Shown here in pieces: positions 33,128-45,121 of a stretch of DNA of 64,000 bases. The first letter of the stretch is position 1. Every line of letters starts with the position of its first letter. The translations under genes were made by a program, and so were the position numbers. The DNA lies in the IMG/VR virus record IMGVR_UViG_3300047323_000673, positions 1-64,000 of that record; one strand, 5' to 3'. Source of the stretch: a virus. The notes under the pieces are model-generated. The model saw nothing but the letters and a program-made list of their open reading frames with translations. It was not told the origin of the DNA and did not search any database.

Positions 33128-34021
33128 ATGAATATTCAAGATATATTATTAAGTGCATCAAAAGATGATATAAAAGGTAAAAATTTTTATGTTTTTTGTG
33201 GTCAAAAAGTAGAACCTAATTCTTTAAAAGAACTATTGTCAAATCCAAAAATTAAGGAACAATTAAATATTAGAATATTAAGCCAGGGATTACTTGGTGC
33301 TTTAGAAAATGGATTAAAAGAGAATATGGCCATTATTGGTGCATATGTACTAAACAACAATGTATTATATGATATCCCTCCTGAAAATGATTACGATTCA
33401 GTTTTCGATAAACTTAGAAATAATACTAAAAGGATAGCTAATCTTGAAGGATTAAATATAATGTTTAATGCAGCAACAAATTTTAAACAAATAAAATTAT
33501 CTAAATTATTAACCCAAAGATATTCAATTTTAGAAAACTCTATTACTAATCAAATTGATAAAAGCATAGAACTAAAAGGTGGAGCACATAAAGAGTCAGC
33601 AAAACTAAATGAAGATGGCTCTCTTTCTATTACAAGTATCAAAAGCGGGCCTGTTCCACAATATGATTTAAAAATAAAAGAATATGCGTTAAACCCAATA
33701 TTGTTTAATCTAAAAAATTTCAACCCAGAATTATTAGATGATTTTTTAAACGATGAACATAAACTTGACCCATCAGTAGTAAAACATGGCTTAGTTATGA
33801 ATGTATTTTTGGAAAATACCGAATCTGTTCTTTATTTGTTTGCTAATGAAAAATGTGCCAATATTATAAAAAATTCTGATGATATTAAAGCATTTATAAA
33901 CTCAGATACACATTGGGGTGAGAAAAAACAAACAGCTAGAACTGCATTATCACTGATTAATCTAAAAGATGAATTGCCAATTAACAATACTAATACAAAC
34001 TCAGTAAAACCTAAAATTTAA
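33128..34021 (+). CDS. hypothetical protein carrying the shared C-terminal tail
   Basis: Likely start MNIQDILL; tail LINLKDELPINNTNTNSVKPKI. Confidence 0.7.
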   Translation: MNIQDILLSASKDDIKGKNFYVFCGQKVEPNSLKELLSNPKIKEQLNIRILSQGLLGALENGLKENMAIIGAYVLNNNVLYDIPPENDYDSVFDKLRNNTKRIANLEGLNIMFNAATNFKQIKLSKLLTQRYSILENSITNQIDKSIELKGGAHKESAKLNEDGSLSITSIKSGPVPQYDLKIKEYALNPILFNLKNFNPELLDDFLNDEHKLDPSVVKHGLVMNVFLENTESVLYLFANEKCANIIKNSDDIKAFINSDTHWGEKKQTARTALSLINLKDELPINNTNTNSVKPKI

Positions 34022-34023
34022 AT

Positions 34024-34044
34024 AAAGCCCCTACTGGGGCTTTT
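34024..34044. terminator. intrinsic terminator hairpin between convergent genes
   Basis: aaagcccctactggggctttt. Confidence 0.75.
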
Positions 34045-34071
34045 ATATTTTTATTTTTCTAATTGTTGGCT

Positions 34072-35016
34072 TCATATTCTTAATTTTTTTTCTAAAGTAT
34101 TGTTATTATTTATATTTAACTCTTCATTTAATTCTTTAACTATTCCATTTTCTAAATGATATCGTCTTATCGCTTTATTTCTTTCGTTTTTATCTTCAAT
34201 TAAGGTCCAATAAGGAGTAGAACTTTGTGTATTAGCAAATATATTCATGACATCTTCTAGTGCAAATGGTTTCCAATTGATTAAATCTTTATTAAACTCA
34301 CGATGAAACATTCCTCTCATATCAATAACATTAGATACATCCCAATTAGATATGTCTCCATTAAATAAAGAACTAGCGAACATATGATTCATACTAGTAA
34401 CATTAGATGTATTCCACTTGCTAATATCACCATTAAATTTAGAGCCATTAAACATGGACATCATCTCTTTTACATTAGACACATCCCATTTAGAAATATC
34501 TCCATTAAAAATAGCACTTGTAAACATATGATTCATATAAATAACATCAGAAACATCCCATTGAGATATATCATTATTAAATTTAGAAGTATGAAACATC
34601 GCACTCATATCTTTAACATTAGAAACATTCCATTTGCTGATATCACCATTAAAGCTAGAATAATAAAACATATTACCCATATCAAGTACATGAGATACAT
34701 CCCAATTACTAATATCGCTATTAAATTTAGATTCTGCAAACATTCCACTCATATCTTCAACTTTTGATGTATCCCAATTACTAATATCACCATTAAATTT
34801 AGATAAATAAAACATAGCATTCATATTAATAACTTTAGATATATCCCATTCTGAAATATTCCCATTAAATTCAGAATTATGAAATAATTCAGACATATCA
34901 GTGATATTAGAAACATCAATATGATTTAAATCACATTCGTTTCCATTTAACGCAATTTCTTTTTTAACTAGGTTAATTAAGTTTTTTTTAGTTTTAGCTA
35001 TAATTATGTTTTTCAT
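34072..35016 (-). CDS. DUF285/BspA-like LRR protein, 8 repeats
   Basis: Caps and repeats; tail ELNEEL...KKLRI. Confidence 0.9.
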   Translation of the reverse strand: MKNIIIAKTKKNLINLVKKEIALNGNECDLNHIDVSNITDMSELFHNSEFNGNISEWDISKVINMNAMFYLSKFNGDISNWDTSKVEDMSGMFAESKFNSDISNWDVSHVLDMGNMFYYSSFNGDISKWNVSNVKDMSAMFHTSKFNNDISQWDVSDVIYMNHMFTSAIFNGDISKWDVSNVKEMMSMFNGSKFNGDISKWNTSNVTSMNHMFASSLFNGDISNWDVSNVIDMRGMFHREFNKDLINWKPFALEDVMNIFANTQSSTPYWTLIEDKNERNKAIRRYHLENGIVKELNEELNINNNNTLEKKLRI

Positions 35017-35726
35017 ATCTTCAATCCTTTTCTTAAATTATTATTCTCAAGTAATTCTTTCCCTAATTCTTTCTGTAATGTATAAGTATCAATAGCTTTT
35101 TTTCTATCATCTTTATTATAATAACTTGTCCAATAGGGAGCTATTGCAAGAGAATTATTAAAAATATTAGCTACATTAATAACATTATATGGTTTCCAAT
35201 TTGATAAATCTAAATAATATGGTGAATTAGAAAACATCATATCTAAATTTATAACATTAGAAACATCCCATGTATCTATATTTTTACTAAACTTAGAGCC
35301 TGCAAACATTGATTTCATAATTTTAACCTTGGAAACATTCCATTTAGATATATCTTGATTAAATATAGAACAACTAAACATATTAGACATATTTTCTACA
35401 TTCGATACATCCCAATTATTAATATCATTATTAAAAATTGAGCTATCAAACATATGTTCCATTGTCTTTACTTTAGAAGTATTCCAATTACTAATATCAT
35501 CTTTGAATTTAGATTCAAAAAACATAAAATTCATATCCGTAACATTAGACACATTCCATTGTGAAATATCTCCATTAAAATCAGAGAATGAAAATAAACT
35601 TCTCATATCAGTGATATTTGAAACATCAATATGATTTAAATCACATTGTTTCCCATTAATCTCAACCTCTTCTTTAATTAATTCTTTTAGATGTTCTTTA
35701 TCTTTAGCTATTATTTTAAGTTTCAT
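35013..35726 (-). CDS. DUF285/BspA-like LRR protein, 5 repeats
   Basis: Caps and repeats; tail ELGKEL...RKGLKI. Confidence 0.9.
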   Translation of the reverse strand: MKLKIIAKDKEHLKELIKEEVEINGKQCDLNHIDVSNITDMRSLFSFSDFNGDISQWNVSNVTDMNFMFFESKFKDDISNWNTSKVKTMEHMFDSSIFNNDINNWDVSNVENMSNMFSCSIFNQDISKWNVSKVKIMKSMFAGSKFSKNIDTWDVSNVINLDMMFSNSPYYLDLSNWKPYNVINVANIFNNSLAIAPYWTSYYNKDDRKKAIDTYTLQKELGKELLENNNLRKGLKI

Positions 35727-36220
35727 ATTTTATTCTGTTTTATTTTAAAATTCTTATCTATTAAGTTTTGATGCAATTCTTTTGCTAAATGGTAAGCGTC
35801 AATAACTTTTTTCCTTTCATTTTTATCACTGTAATTAGTCCAAAAAGGAATAGGTGCAGAACAATTCAAAAACATATAATAAAAGTGTTTTAAGTTGTAT
35901 GGTTTCCAATTAGAAATGTCATTATTAAATTGAGAGTATTGGAACATCTGAACCATATCTTTAACATTAGATACATCCCACTCTAAAATATTGCCATTAA
36001 AGCTACAGCTTGAAAACATTCCCTGCATATTTTCTACCTTAGAAACATCCCATTTTGATATATCTCCATTAAATTTGGTTCTATCAAATAGAAAACTCAT
36101 ATCCTCAATATTAGATACATCAATATGGTTTAAATCGCATTCGTTTCCACTCAATTTCATTTCATGATCAATTAAATCTCTTAAATGATATTTATCTTTG
36201 GGAATAATTGTCGGTTTCAT
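35723..36220 (-). CDS. DUF285/BspA-like LRR protein, 2 repeats
   Basis: Caps and repeats; tail LAKELHQNL...KQNKI. Confidence 0.9.
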   Translation of the reverse strand: MKPTIIPKDKYHLRDLIDHEMKLSGNECDLNHIDVSNIEDMSFLFDRTKFNGDISKWDVSKVENMQGMFSSCSFNGNILEWDVSNVKDMVQMFQYSQFNNDISNWKPYNLKHFYYMFLNCSAPIPFWTNYSDKNERKKVIDAYHLAKELHQNLIDKNFKIKQNKI

Positions 36221-36786
36221 ATTTTTAATCTTTTCTCAAAATTACCATTTTTATTTAATTCATTGTTTAATTCCATACTAAACCAATAAGCTTTAATTGT
36301 TTTTTTTCTAATTTCACTGCTATCTAAATTAACCCAATATGGAACAGTAGCATTACACTCATCAAACATAGCATGTGTCATATATGCATTAAATGGTTTC
36401 CATATAGATAAATCTTGATTAAATTCAGCGTATTGAAACATATAATTCATATCTTTAACATTGGAAACATTCCACTCTGAGATATTATTATTAAATTTTG
36501 AATCAGAAAACATACTATTCATATCTCTAACATTTGAAACATCCCATTTGCTAATATCTCCATTAAATGTCGATTTTAAAAATAGACAGCGCATTTCTTT
36601 AACATTAGAAGTGTCCCATTTTGAAATATCACCATTAAAATTAATATGCGAAAAAATAGAATTTAGTGTAGTAATTTGGGAAATATCAATATGATTTAAA
36701 TCACAATTAACTCCATTAGCTTTTATTTCTTCAACTATTATTTTTTTTAGTGTAGTTCTATCTTTAGCTATGATTTTAGTTTTCAT
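36217..36786 (-). CDS. DUF285/BspA-like LRR protein, 3 repeats
   Basis: Likely start MKTKIIA; tail ELNNEL...KRLKI. Confidence 0.9.
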   Translation of the reverse strand: MKTKIIAKDRTTLKKIIVEEIKANGVNCDLNHIDISQITTLNSIFSHINFNGDISKWDTSNVKEMRCLFLKSTFNGDISKWDVSNVRDMNSMFSDSKFNNNISEWNVSNVKDMNYMFQYAEFNQDLSIWKPFNAYMTHAMFDECNATVPYWVNLDSSEIRKKTIKAYWFSMELNNELNKNGNFEKRLKI

Positions 36787-37036
36787 ATGATTAAAGTTAA
36801 TATTTATCATTAATATTCTAACAAATATAAAATATTAAGCAAAAAAATTGACTTTTTAATTCTTTCCAATTATTTATCTTTTATGTCTCCTTCTAAGACT
36901 AGCTGTCGGCTGAAAAGCGAAGTTTAATTACATAGATAATCTCAAAAAAATATTGCTTTAATTTTCTATTTTTTTGTTTGACTGCATGCCGACTCCACTA
37001 AAACAAAAATAAAACTTAACTTAATAGGAGATTAAT

Positions 37037-37978
37037 ATGCAAAAAAAGATGCATAGCATAGCTATTGATGAAGCTAAATTCAAAAAAACATCAAAAAAAA
37101 TCGTATCAAAATTAAATGAGCAATACTCATTAAATATAAAATTAAATTCTTTCCATGAATTATTTGCTGAGTCATTAGGTTATAGAAACCTCTTTGGACT
37201 ACAGAAAGTATTTGAAGAAGGTGAGGAGCCAACACCATCCTTTATATTTGATTTGTTTAAAGGATTATCTTCAGGACAATCCACTCAAATATTCTTTAAT
37301 CTTATGGATGGTCAAGACTCGTCAAGTTCAAGTATGTGGAAAGGAAGAGCACTTTCACTTATATCTACTGTTCTAATGACATTAACATATATGCGAGAAC
37401 AAAAGGAAGTTATTCTTGATGCACAAGTCATTCGTGAATATTTAATTTTAGATAATATTATTAAAACTTATAAATCAAGAAAAGACTTTCCAGATCATAT
37501 TAGAGCAGCATTAAGAGCATATTTACTTTCTTTACCAGGATTTCAGGAAAGTGCTCCTAAGCAGGGTGAAACAGTTCTTGAACAACATGGCTACTTACAA
37601 ATGCAATTCTCCACTATTTTAGACAAACTAAGTTATATTGAAAAAGATAACTTTATCATTGCAAATAGAAATTGGTTTGAACTTAATAAATATCCTGTAG
37701 ATTTTGACCCAACTAAAGATAAAAAGAACTATTTAAAAAAACAATTAAGAGATTTAGATTGTATAGATATATCTTGGATTGATATGCAATCTTATCAAGA
37801 TTGGGTCTATAAAGCTTTAAAGAAAAACGAAATAATAAGAGTTGCAGATTTAATATCTTATACTTCTATGATTATTTCACCACAGAAAAAAGCAGAGATG
37901 TGCTTTCTGCTGAATAGCATTTTAAATAATTTAGATACTGCTTCAGCAATATCTAAAGAGATTGAGTCTAGTATATAA
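37037..37978 (+). CDS. protein containing a DotL/IcmO/TrbC-like all-alpha coupling-protein segment, no ATPase motifs
   Basis: MWKGRALSLIS..L.YMR....LDA..IR.Y...LRAYL.SLPG.....VLEQHGYLQMQ matches the conserved IcmO/TrbC segment as recalled (MWKGRAI...LPGY...VLEQHGFITMQ); no Walker A/B or TM segments. Confidence 0.6.
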   Translation: MQKKMHSIAIDEAKFKKTSKKIVSKLNEQYSLNIKLNSFHELFAESLGYRNLFGLQKVFEEGEEPTPSFIFDLFKGLSSGQSTQIFFNLMDGQDSSSSSMWKGRALSLISTVLMTLTYMREQKEVILDAQVIREYLILDNIIKTYKSRKDFPDHIRAALRAYLLSLPGFQESAPKQGETVLEQHGYLQMQFSTILDKLSYIEKDNFIIANRNWFELNKYPVDFDPTKDKKNYLKKQLRDLDCIDISWIDMQSYQDWVYKALKKNEIIRVADLISYTSMIISPQKKAEMCFLLNSILNNLDTASAISKEIESSI

Positions 37979-37982
37979 TTTT

Positions 37983-38003
37983 AAAGCCCCAAAAAGGGGC
38001 TTT
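37983..38003. terminator. intrinsic terminator hairpin between convergent genes
   Basis: aaagccccaaaaaggggcttt. Confidence 0.75.
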
Positions 38004-38005
38004 AT

Positions 38006-38566
38006 TCATAATTTTAATTTTTTATCTAGATTATTATTTTTACTTAAATCTTGGCTCAACTCTTTGTGTAAATGATATGCCACAATAGCTTTTTTTCTTT
38101 CTTCCTTCGTTTCGTAAGTTGCCCAATAAGGAATATTTTCGATATACAAATTATAATTCTCTCCTAATTTATAAGGTGTCCAATTACTAATATCACCTTT
38201 AAAGGGGAAATTATAGAACATCCAATCCATATCTCTAACATTCGATACATTCCAACTCGAAATATCATTGTTAAATTGGGAGTCAGAAAACATAGAATCC
38301 ATATCTGTTACATTAGATGTATTCCACTTAGATATATCACCACTAAATTTAGATTTATAAAACATAAATCCCATATTAGTGACATTAGATACATCCCATT
38401 CAGAAATATCTCCATTAAATGGTAAATCACGAAATAAATTACTCATATCAGTTATTTTAGACACATCAATATGATTAAGATTGCATGCACTTCCTTTATC
38501 ATTAATTTCTTTTTGAATGATTTGCCTGAACTCATAATAATTTTTTGCAACAATCTTTTTTTTCAT
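38006..38566 (-). CDS. DUF285/BspA-like LRR protein, 3 repeats
   Basis: Caps and repeats; tail ELSQDL...KKLKL. Confidence 0.9.
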   Translation of the reverse strand: MKKKIVAKNYYEFRQIIQKEINDKGSACNLNHIDVSKITDMSNLFRDLPFNGDISEWDVSNVTNMGFMFYKSKFSGDISKWNTSNVTDMDSMFSDSQFNNDISSWNVSNVRDMDWMFYNFPFKGDISNWTPYKLGENYNLYIENIPYWATYETKEERKKAIVAYHLHKELSQDLSKNNNLDKKLKL

Positions 38567-39132
38567 ATTTTCAATTTTTTTCCTAAACTATCATTTTTAC
38601 CTAACTCTTTTTGCAATTCTTTTTGTAAATGATATTTATCAATTGCTCTATTCCTATCTTCCTTATTTTCATATTCACACCAATATGGTCTTGGCGCATT
38701 ACAATCTTTGAAAAAATTATTAATCTCTTGTAGATTATATGGTTTCCAATCAGATAAATCTCCTTTAAATGAAGAAGTTCTAAAAATACTATTCATAAAA
38801 TAAACATTGGACACATCCCAATTAGATATATCACTATTAAATATTGAATTTTGGAACATGCTCTCAATATGAGTGACCTTTGATGTGTTCCACTTGGAGA
38901 TATCACCATTAAAACTAGAATAAGCAAACATATGACACATATCTATAACTTTTGAGACATCCCATTCAGATATATTTCCATTAAACTTTGAGATATAAAA
39001 TAACTCTCTCATATCCGTAATATCAGATACATCTATATGATTTAAATCACATTCATAACCATTTAATTCAATTTCTATAGCAATTAATTCCAATAAATGA
39101 TCTTTATTTTTAGCTATTATTTTATTTTTCAT
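38563..39132 (-). CDS. DUF285/BspA-like LRR protein, 3 repeats
   Basis: Caps and repeats; tail ELQKEL...KKLKI. Confidence 0.9.
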   Translation of the reverse strand: MKNKIIAKNKDHLLELIAIEIELNGYECDLNHIDVSDITDMRELFYISKFNGNISEWDVSKVIDMCHMFAYSSFNGDISKWNTSKVTHIESMFQNSIFNSDISNWDVSNVYFMNSIFRTSSFKGDLSDWKPYNLQEINNFFKDCNAPRPYWCEYENKEDRNRAIDKYHLQKELQKELGKNDSLGKKLKI

Positions 39133-39980
39133 ATCTTCAATTTTTTATTTTTTCTATTATTTCCTACTATACTTAATTCTTCATTTAATTGGTAATACTC
39201 AATAGCTTTATTTCTTTCTTCTTTATTATTATATTTAGCCCAATATGGTATTATTCCTTTACATCCATGAAACATATTACGAATATTATAAACATTATAA
39301 GGTTGCCATTTGGAAATATCACGATTAAAATTAGCACTTCCAAACATCCACTCCATGATTTTAACATTAGATACATTCCAGTTAGATATATCTCCATTAA
39401 ATTTTGACCATCTAAACATATCCTCCATATCTGTCACATTGGAGGTGTCCCATTTAGAAATATCACCATTAAATTCACATTCATAAAACATTCCTTTCAT
39501 ATCAATAACATTTGAAACATTCCAATTAGAAATATCTCCATTAAAATGCGATTTATAAAATAGAGATTTCATCTCTTTAACATTAGTAGTATTCCATTTG
39601 CTTAAATCCTTATTGAACTTAGAATTTGAAAACATATTTCTCATTGTTTTAACATTTGAGACATTCCAATTAGAAATATCACCATTAAATATAGAATGAG
39701 AAAACATGTAACTCATATCTTCAACATTAGAAGTATCCCAGTTAGAAATATTGCCATTAAATTTAGAATTGCTAAATAATTCACTCATATCAGTAATATT
39801 TCTCACATCAATATGGTTTAAGTCACAATTAATGCCATTCGCTTTTATTTCTTTTTTAATGATTTTTAATAATTTGTTTTTATTTTTTGGAGTGATTCTA
39901 GCAGGATACATAGATAAAGCTTTATTTTTTTCATAATCAAAGCTATCTCTTAAAAATTGTAAAAATTTATTTGTTTTCAT
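39129..39980 (-). CDS. DUF285/BspA-like LRR protein, 6 repeats, N-terminal extension
   Basis: [14 protein letters not shown] extension; tail LNEEL...KKLKI. Confidence 0.9.
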   Translation of the reverse strand: MKTNKFLQFLRDSFDYEKNKALSMYPARITPKNKNKLLKIIKKEIKANGINCDLNHIDVRNITDMSELFSNSKFNGNISNWDTSNVEDMSYMFSHSIFNGDISNWNVSNVKTMRNMFSNSKFNKDLSKWNTTNVKEMKSLFYKSHFNGDISNWNVSNVIDMKGMFYECEFNGDISKWDTSNVTDMEDMFRWSKFNGDISNWNVSNVKIMEWMFGSANFNRDISKWQPYNVYNIRNMFHGCKGIIPYWAKYNNKEERNKAIEYYQLNEELSIVGNNRKNKKLKI

Positions 39981-40028
39981 AATTTAATTTTAGCAAATTA
40001 AAATAAATAAAAAAGCCAACCCAGGGCT

Positions 40029-40790
40029 TCATAATTTATGTTTTTTCTTTTTAGGTTCTTCACTGATGTTTAATTCATTTTGTAAATCATCACTTAATTT
40101 ATATTTATCAATAGCTCTATTTCTTTCTTCTAAATCATCATAATTAGCCCAATAAGGAATAGAGGATTTAGAGTGAGTAAACATGTCAGAATAAGAATCC
40201 AATTTATATGGTTTCCAATTATTTATATTTCCTGAAAATTTGGATGAAAAAAACATATATTTTGCATTATTTAAATTACACACATCCCAATTTTGTATGT
40301 TTCCATTAAAAGCAGAGCTAAGAAACATCCCCCCCATGTCTTCAACATTGCTAACATTCCAATTTGAGATATCTCCATTAAATTGAGCACTTTCAAACAT
40401 ACGACTCATATCTTTTACTTTTGAAGTATTCCATTTACTGATATCACCATTAAACTCCGAACTATAAAATAATGATGACATATTCTTAACATTAGATGTA
40501 TTCCATTTACTAATATCTCCATTAAATTCGGATTCCTGAAATAAACCACTCATATCTTCGACATTTGAAACATCCCATTGGGATATGTCTCCATTAAATG
40601 GAGATTTTTGAAATATATAAGTCAACTTGGTAATACGAGAAACATCAATATGATTTAAATCACAAGTAAAACCATTTTCTATGATTTCTTTTTGTATTAA
40701 CTGACATAAATGCTTTTCATTTTTAGCAATAATTTTATTACTAGAAAATTTTTTAGTTAAATATTTAATATATTTTTGAATAGTTTTCAT
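40029..40790 (-). CDS. DUF285/BspA-like LRR protein, 5 repeats, N-terminal extension
   Basis: Caps and repeats; tail DLQNEL...PKKKKHKL. Confidence 0.9.
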   Translation of the reverse strand: MKTIQKYIKYLTKKFSSNKIIAKNEKHLCQLIQKEIIENGFTCDLNHIDVSRITKLTYIFQKSPFNGDISQWDVSNVEDMSGLFQESEFNGDISKWNTSNVKNMSSLFYSSEFNGDISKWNTSKVKDMSRMFESAQFNGDISNWNVSNVEDMGGMFLSSAFNGNIQNWDVCNLNNAKYMFFSSKFSGNINNWKPYKLDSYSDMFTHSKSSIPYWANYDDLEERNRAIDKYKLSDDLQNELNISEEPKKKKHKL

Positions 40791-40831
40791 ATTATTTCTC
40801 CATTACTAAATTCTAGCAAATTAAACTAAAT

Positions 40832-40854
40832 AAAAAAGCCCCTAGATGGGGCTT
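40832..40854. terminator. intrinsic terminator hairpin abutting the next promoter
   Basis: aaaaaagcccctagatggggctt. Confidence 0.7.
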
Positions 40855-40857
40855 AGT

Positions 40858-41787
40858 TTAAATCTTCATTTTTTTACTTATTACAGAATTGGTATTTAAT
40901 TGTTTATTTAATTGATAAAAGTTAATAGCTTTTGCTCTTTCAGAGTTATTATTATATTCTAACCAATAAGGCTTTGGAGCTTCACATTCCTTAAAGATGT
41001 CAAACATAATATTTAAATTAAATGGAGTCCAATTAGATAGATCTCCCTTAAAATGTGATTTATAAAACATATCTTTCATAGTTTGAACATTGGACACATT
41101 CCAATCAGATATATCTCCATTAAACTTAGAAGAACAAAACATACTTTCCATATTGTCTACTTTAGCAACATTCCAATTAGATAGATCACCATTAAATGCT
41201 GAATTCATAAACATACATCTCATATTGACGACTTTAGAAGTATCCCATTTACTTAAATCACCTTCAAATTTTGAAGACCAAAACATACAGTGCATACTTT
41301 CAACATTAGAGACATCCCAGTTAGAGATATCTCTATTAAACTTTGAATTTTGAAACATTCCTTCCATATCCTTTACTTTAGACACATTCCATTGGGAAAT
41401 ATCACCATCAAATGAGCATATAAAAAACATCCTGCTCATATTCTCAACATTAGACACATCCCATTTAGATATATCATTATTAAATTTTGATTGTGAAAAT
41501 AAAAAATGCATATTTTTTACATTAGAAGTGTTCCAATTGGATATATCTCCTGTAAAAAATGAATCCCAAAACATAGCAGCCATACTTTCAACATTAGATG
41601 TATTCCATTGACTAATATCACCATTAAATTTTGATTGATTAAACAAATAACTCATATCTGTAATCTTGGATACATCAATATGATTCAAATTACATTCGTT
41701 TCCATGTAATTTCATTTCATTTTTAATTAATTGTTTTAAATGCTCTTTATCTTGAGCAATAATTTTATGATTTATATTATTTTCCAT
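40858..41787 (-). CDS. DUF285/BspA-like LRR protein, 8 repeats
   Basis: Caps and repeats; tail LNKQL...KKMKI. Confidence 0.9.
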   Translation of the reverse strand: MENNINHKIIAQDKEHLKQLIKNEMKLHGNECNLNHIDVSKITDMSYLFNQSKFNGDISQWNTSNVESMAAMFWDSFFTGDISNWNTSNVKNMHFLFSQSKFNNDISKWDVSNVENMSRMFFICSFDGDISQWNVSKVKDMEGMFQNSKFNRDISNWDVSNVESMHCMFWSSKFEGDLSKWDTSKVVNMRCMFMNSAFNGDLSNWNVAKVDNMESMFCSSKFNGDISDWNVSNVQTMKDMFYKSHFKGDLSNWTPFNLNIMFDIFKECEAPKPYWLEYNNNSERAKAINFYQLNKQLNTNSVISKKMKI

Positions 41788-41817
41788 AAATTAATTCTAT
41801 CAAATTAAACTAAATAG

Positions 41818-41839
41818 AAAAGCCCCTTAGTGGGGCTTA
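41818..41839. terminator. intrinsic terminator hairpin
   Basis: aaaagccccttagtggggctta. Confidence 0.7.
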
Positions 41840-41863
41840 ATTTAATTTCAATATTATTTGAGG

Positions 41864-42364
41864 CTATGAATAAGACTTAATAATTCTAATTTTAGGAGCT
41901 AACACTTCCAATACTTTTGTCTCAGCATCAGATTTTAAGTCATAAACTTCTAAATCTTTTGCTGTAGGAGGAACACCAGAAAAATAACGATAAACAATTT
42001 CCTCTATTGTTGGTTCAGCTTCTTTAGGCAATTTTTCTAACTTATACTTCCCATCAACCATACCTTTAACAAGACCGTTCTTATTTAGCAAAGCAGACAT
42101 AATACCAAACCAACCAATAGCACAAATTGTATAATCACCAATTGGCTCAACTTTATATAAATTGTTTCCAAACTGCTCTACATAATTTTTATTATTTGAC
42201 AAATAAAATGAATTCAGCCTTGAACAAGCTGTAATTGGTCTAAACCGTTCAAGTAGCTTTTCATAATCTCCAAAGTAAGGACTATTTTTCTTACTAACTA
42301 ACAATTGATTTTCTTGCAAATCAGAATTAGATGCATGCCAATAAGTATTTTGAGAAGTTTTCAT
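41864..42364 (-). CDS. putative ADP-ribosyltransferase-fold protein (Arr/DUF2441-like)
   Basis: N-terminal YWHAS strand, RP...SRLNSFYLS, LYKVEPIG (cf. Arr IY.VEP.G), late EVL strand. Confidence 0.5.
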   Translation of the reverse strand: MKTSQNTYWHASNSDLQENQLLVSKKNSPYFGDYEKLLERFRPITACSRLNSFYLSNNKNYVEQFGNNLYKVEPIGDYTICAIGWFGIMSALLNKNGLVKGMVDGKYKLEKLPKEAEPTIEEIVYRYFSGVPPTAKDLEVYDLKSDAETKVLEVLAPKIRIIKSYS

Positions 42365-42415
42365 CTATTTAAATGCAAATTTAAAATTAAATTATACACC
42401 AAATTCTTTAAAAAA

Positions 42416-43054
42416 TTACAGTTTAATTTTCTTTCCAAGATTACTATTTAAATTTAATTCTTCGTTTAATTCTTTATTCAAATGGTATCTATCAATAGCT
42501 TTTTTTCTCTCATCTCCATGAAGAGAAAACCAATATGGTGGTGATATTTTTGCATCAGTAAAGGTATTTCCCCACTCTGTGAAATTATATGGCTTCCAAT
42601 CTGAAATATTTCCTTCAAAATCTGATTTATAAAACATAGCGGTAATATTTTCTACTTTACTTACATCCCATTTACCTATATCACCATTAAATTTTGATTC
42701 GCTAAACATATATTCCATTCTTCTTACATTAGAAGTATTCCAATTATTAATATCGCCATTAAAGCATGAATCACAAAATAATCCAGCCATCTTGACTACT
42801 TTAGAAACATTCCATTGGCTTATATCTCCATTAAATTCAGATCGGTTAAACATAAGACTCATATCTGTAACATTAGAAACATCCCATTTAGATATGTCAC
42901 CATTAAAATCAGAGTGCATGAAAAGTCTGTTCATGGCTGTTACCTGGCTTACATCAATATGATTTAAATCACATTCATTTCCATTTAATTCGATTTCTTG
43001 TTTAATAATTTCAATTAAGTGCTCTTTATCTTTAGCTATTATTGTATTTTTCAT
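42416..43054 (-). CDS. DUF285/BspA-like LRR protein, 4 repeats
   Basis: Caps and repeats; tail ELNEEL...KKIKL. Confidence 0.9.
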   Translation of the reverse strand: MKNTIIAKDKEHLIEIIKQEIELNGNECDLNHIDVSQVTAMNRLFMHSDFNGDISKWDVSNVTDMSLMFNRSEFNGDISQWNVSKVVKMAGLFCDSCFNGDINNWNTSNVRRMEYMFSESKFNGDIGKWDVSKVENITAMFYKSDFEGNISDWKPYNFTEWGNTFTDAKISPPYWFSLHGDERKKAIDRYHLNKELNEELNLNSNLGKKIKL

Positions 43055-43803
43055 ATTTTTATTCTTTTAGAATTTATTTTATTATCGTTAAGCTCTGAAT
43101 TTAATTCTTTTGCCAATTTAAATTTCTCACGATTAGCAAATAAATAAGGAACATCTAATACTTCAGATTTAAAATGCTCAACTGTCTTTTTAACCTTTTT
43201 GCTATATTGCATATCTAAATCAAAAATCATGTATTCAACCAATTCAACATTATCTGATTCATAAGCTCGTTCTAATAAACGAAGAGTTTTGATATCTTTG
43301 CTTAAGTTTTGATTACTTAAAAAGTATTTAGCAACAGTATTTCCTTCTGTATAATCAGTAGAAAAAATTGAATTATAATATTTTTTGTAAATAATATAAT
43401 CTTTACCATCAGGTAGACTTAATAAATGTTTTATAACATCAAGCTGCCCATTTTGGTATGCTTCTCTAGCACACTTTTCAAAATTATTGACATTACCAAG
43501 AAAGCCTGACCTATTTCTAAAAAAATCTAATATTTCTATTGAACCATTTTTACATGTTTCTAAAATACTATTGCCATAATCGTCAAAATGACATTTATAT
43601 ACATAATGTGTTTTGTTTTCTTCTGGTATTTCGTTAAATAAATATTTAATAACATCTAATTGTTTACCTTGGCATGCCGCATTTATAGCATTTCTAAAGG
43701 TGTAATTAAAAAGATCTTTAAATATATTTAATTCTTTAGTGCCAGCTTTAACTTTTTCCATATCACCATCATGACATGCTTGATAATATTCTTCATTATT
43801 CAT
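43051..43803 (-). CDS. ankyrin-repeat-like protein carrying the shared tail
   Basis: [38 protein letters not shown]; tail LAKELNSEL...KRIKI; ATGA-coupled to a DUF285 gene. Confidence 0.75.
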   Translation of the reverse strand: MNNEEYYQACHDGDMEKVKAGTKELNIFKDLFNYTFRNAINAACQGKQLDVIKYLFNEIPEENKTHYVYKCHFDDYGNSILETCKNGSIEILDFFRNRSGFLGNVNNFEKCAREAYQNGQLDVIKHLLSLPDGKDYIIYKKYYNSIFSTDYTEGNTVAKYFLSNQNLSKDIKTLRLLERAYESDNVELVEYMIFDLDMQYSKKVKKTVEHFKSEVLDVPYLFANREKFKLAKELNSELNDNKINSKRIKI

Positions 43804-43822
43804 ATTAAATCTCCATATCTAA

Positions 43823-43850
43823 ATTCTATCAAACTAAAATTAATAAACAA
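43823..43850 (-). promoter_or_regulatory. sigma70-type promoter (TTGTTT-N16-TAGAAT, TG extended -10)
   Basis: Same motif as DUF285 operons, followed by GGAGA SD. Confidence 0.6.
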
Positions 43851-44098
43851 TAAAGTTTTTAGATGAACATCAGTAGGACCACAATATTGATTCATTCATG
43901 ATCAATGTTTTATTCTCAAAACCTGCTCAGTATGGTTTTACCATATATAGTGAACTCTCACCTACTTCTTCAATACATGTTTTCAAAATGATATTAGTTT
44001 TATTATGACCGTTTTCTAGCCGAATTCAAATGAAAAATATATTGATTAAAGTTCAAAATCCATATATAGTTCATTTAATTAATTAAGTGGAGTTCAAT

Positions 44099-44448
44099 AT
44101 GTCTGATAAGCTATTTAACCTACAGAAACAGATTGATGAACTTGAGGCGCAAAAGAGGGCTCTTGTTAAAAAGGAAAGATCAAAAATCATTGAAGAAGTT
44201 GGGCATTGATTGTTCTATATGGTATTACAAAAACTGAACTGAATAAATTCTTTTCAGGTAATGTTTCTACCTCGAAATTAAAACCTACAAGCAAAGAAAA
44301 GTTTACCTATATGAATCCAGAAACAGGAGAAAAATGGATAGGTAATATTGCATCCAGAGGTCGTAGGCCAAATTGGGTTAGAGATTTTGTTGCAGACGGA
44401 AAGATTGAAGAATGTTTGGTTAAAGATGAACATCAATCTAGTCAATGA
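44099..44448 (+). pseudogene. H-NS family nucleoid protein, frameshifted near 44200
   Basis: Frame 1 MSDKLFNLQKQIDELEAQKRAL...EEVGH*; shifted frame continues ALIVLYGITKTEL...YMNPETGEKW...RGRRPNWV (H-NS DNA-binding motif). Confidence 0.75.
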
Positions 44449-44554
44449 AAATGCATTTAGTAATATCACCATTGTGACATAATTGATAATATTATTTATA
44501 CCAAATCGCATAAATAAAAGATAAAACGATAAAAAACTCAAATAGAGGCTTAAT

Positions 44555-45121
44555 TTATATTTTTATTTTTTTATCAGAGATGATTTTTTCACTTAATTCT
44601 TGCCTTAATTCTTTTTCTAGCCAATAAGTATCAATAGCTTTATTTCTTTCATTTTTATCTTCAAATTTAGTCCAATATACACTTATTGATTTATCTGAAA
44701 CAATTAAGTCAACTTTATCTAATTGATAAGGCTTCCATTTAGATATGTCACCTTTAAAATCAGAATGAGCAAAAATATAATTCATGTTTGTTACATGAGA
44801 AACATCCCACTTTGAAATGTCGCTATTAAATATTGCATTATAAAACATTGAAACCATATTCTTAACATTAGATGTATCCCAATTAGATATATCGCCATTA
44901 AATTTAGAAGTATTGAACATACTTCTCATATTTTCAACTTTGGACACATCCCACCCTGAAATATCTCCATTAAAGTCTAATTCATAAAATAAATAACTCA
45001 TATCTGTAATACTAGAAACATCAATATGATTTAAATCACATTCGTTTCCATGTAATTCAATCTCTTGATTTATAATTTTTATTAAATGTTCTCTATCTTT
45101 GACTAGAATTATAGGTTTCAT
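44555..45121 (-). CDS. DUF285/BspA-like LRR protein, 3 repeats
   Basis: Caps and repeats; tail ELRQEL...KKIKI. Confidence 0.9.
   Translation of the reverse strand: MKPIILVKDREHLIKIINQEIELHGNECDLNHIDVSSITDMSYLFYELDFNGDISGWDVSKVENMRSMFNTSKFNGDISNWDTSNVKNMVSMFYNAIFNSDISKWDVSHVTNMNYIFAHSDFKGDISKWKPYQLDKVDLIVSDKSISVYWTKFEDKNERNKAIDTYWLEKELRQELSEKIISDKKIKI

Noticed and set aside
43860..44040. Possible gene remnant (IRLENGHNKTNIILKTCIEEVG...) on the minus strand
   Set aside because: Interrupted by stops, with no recognisable family.
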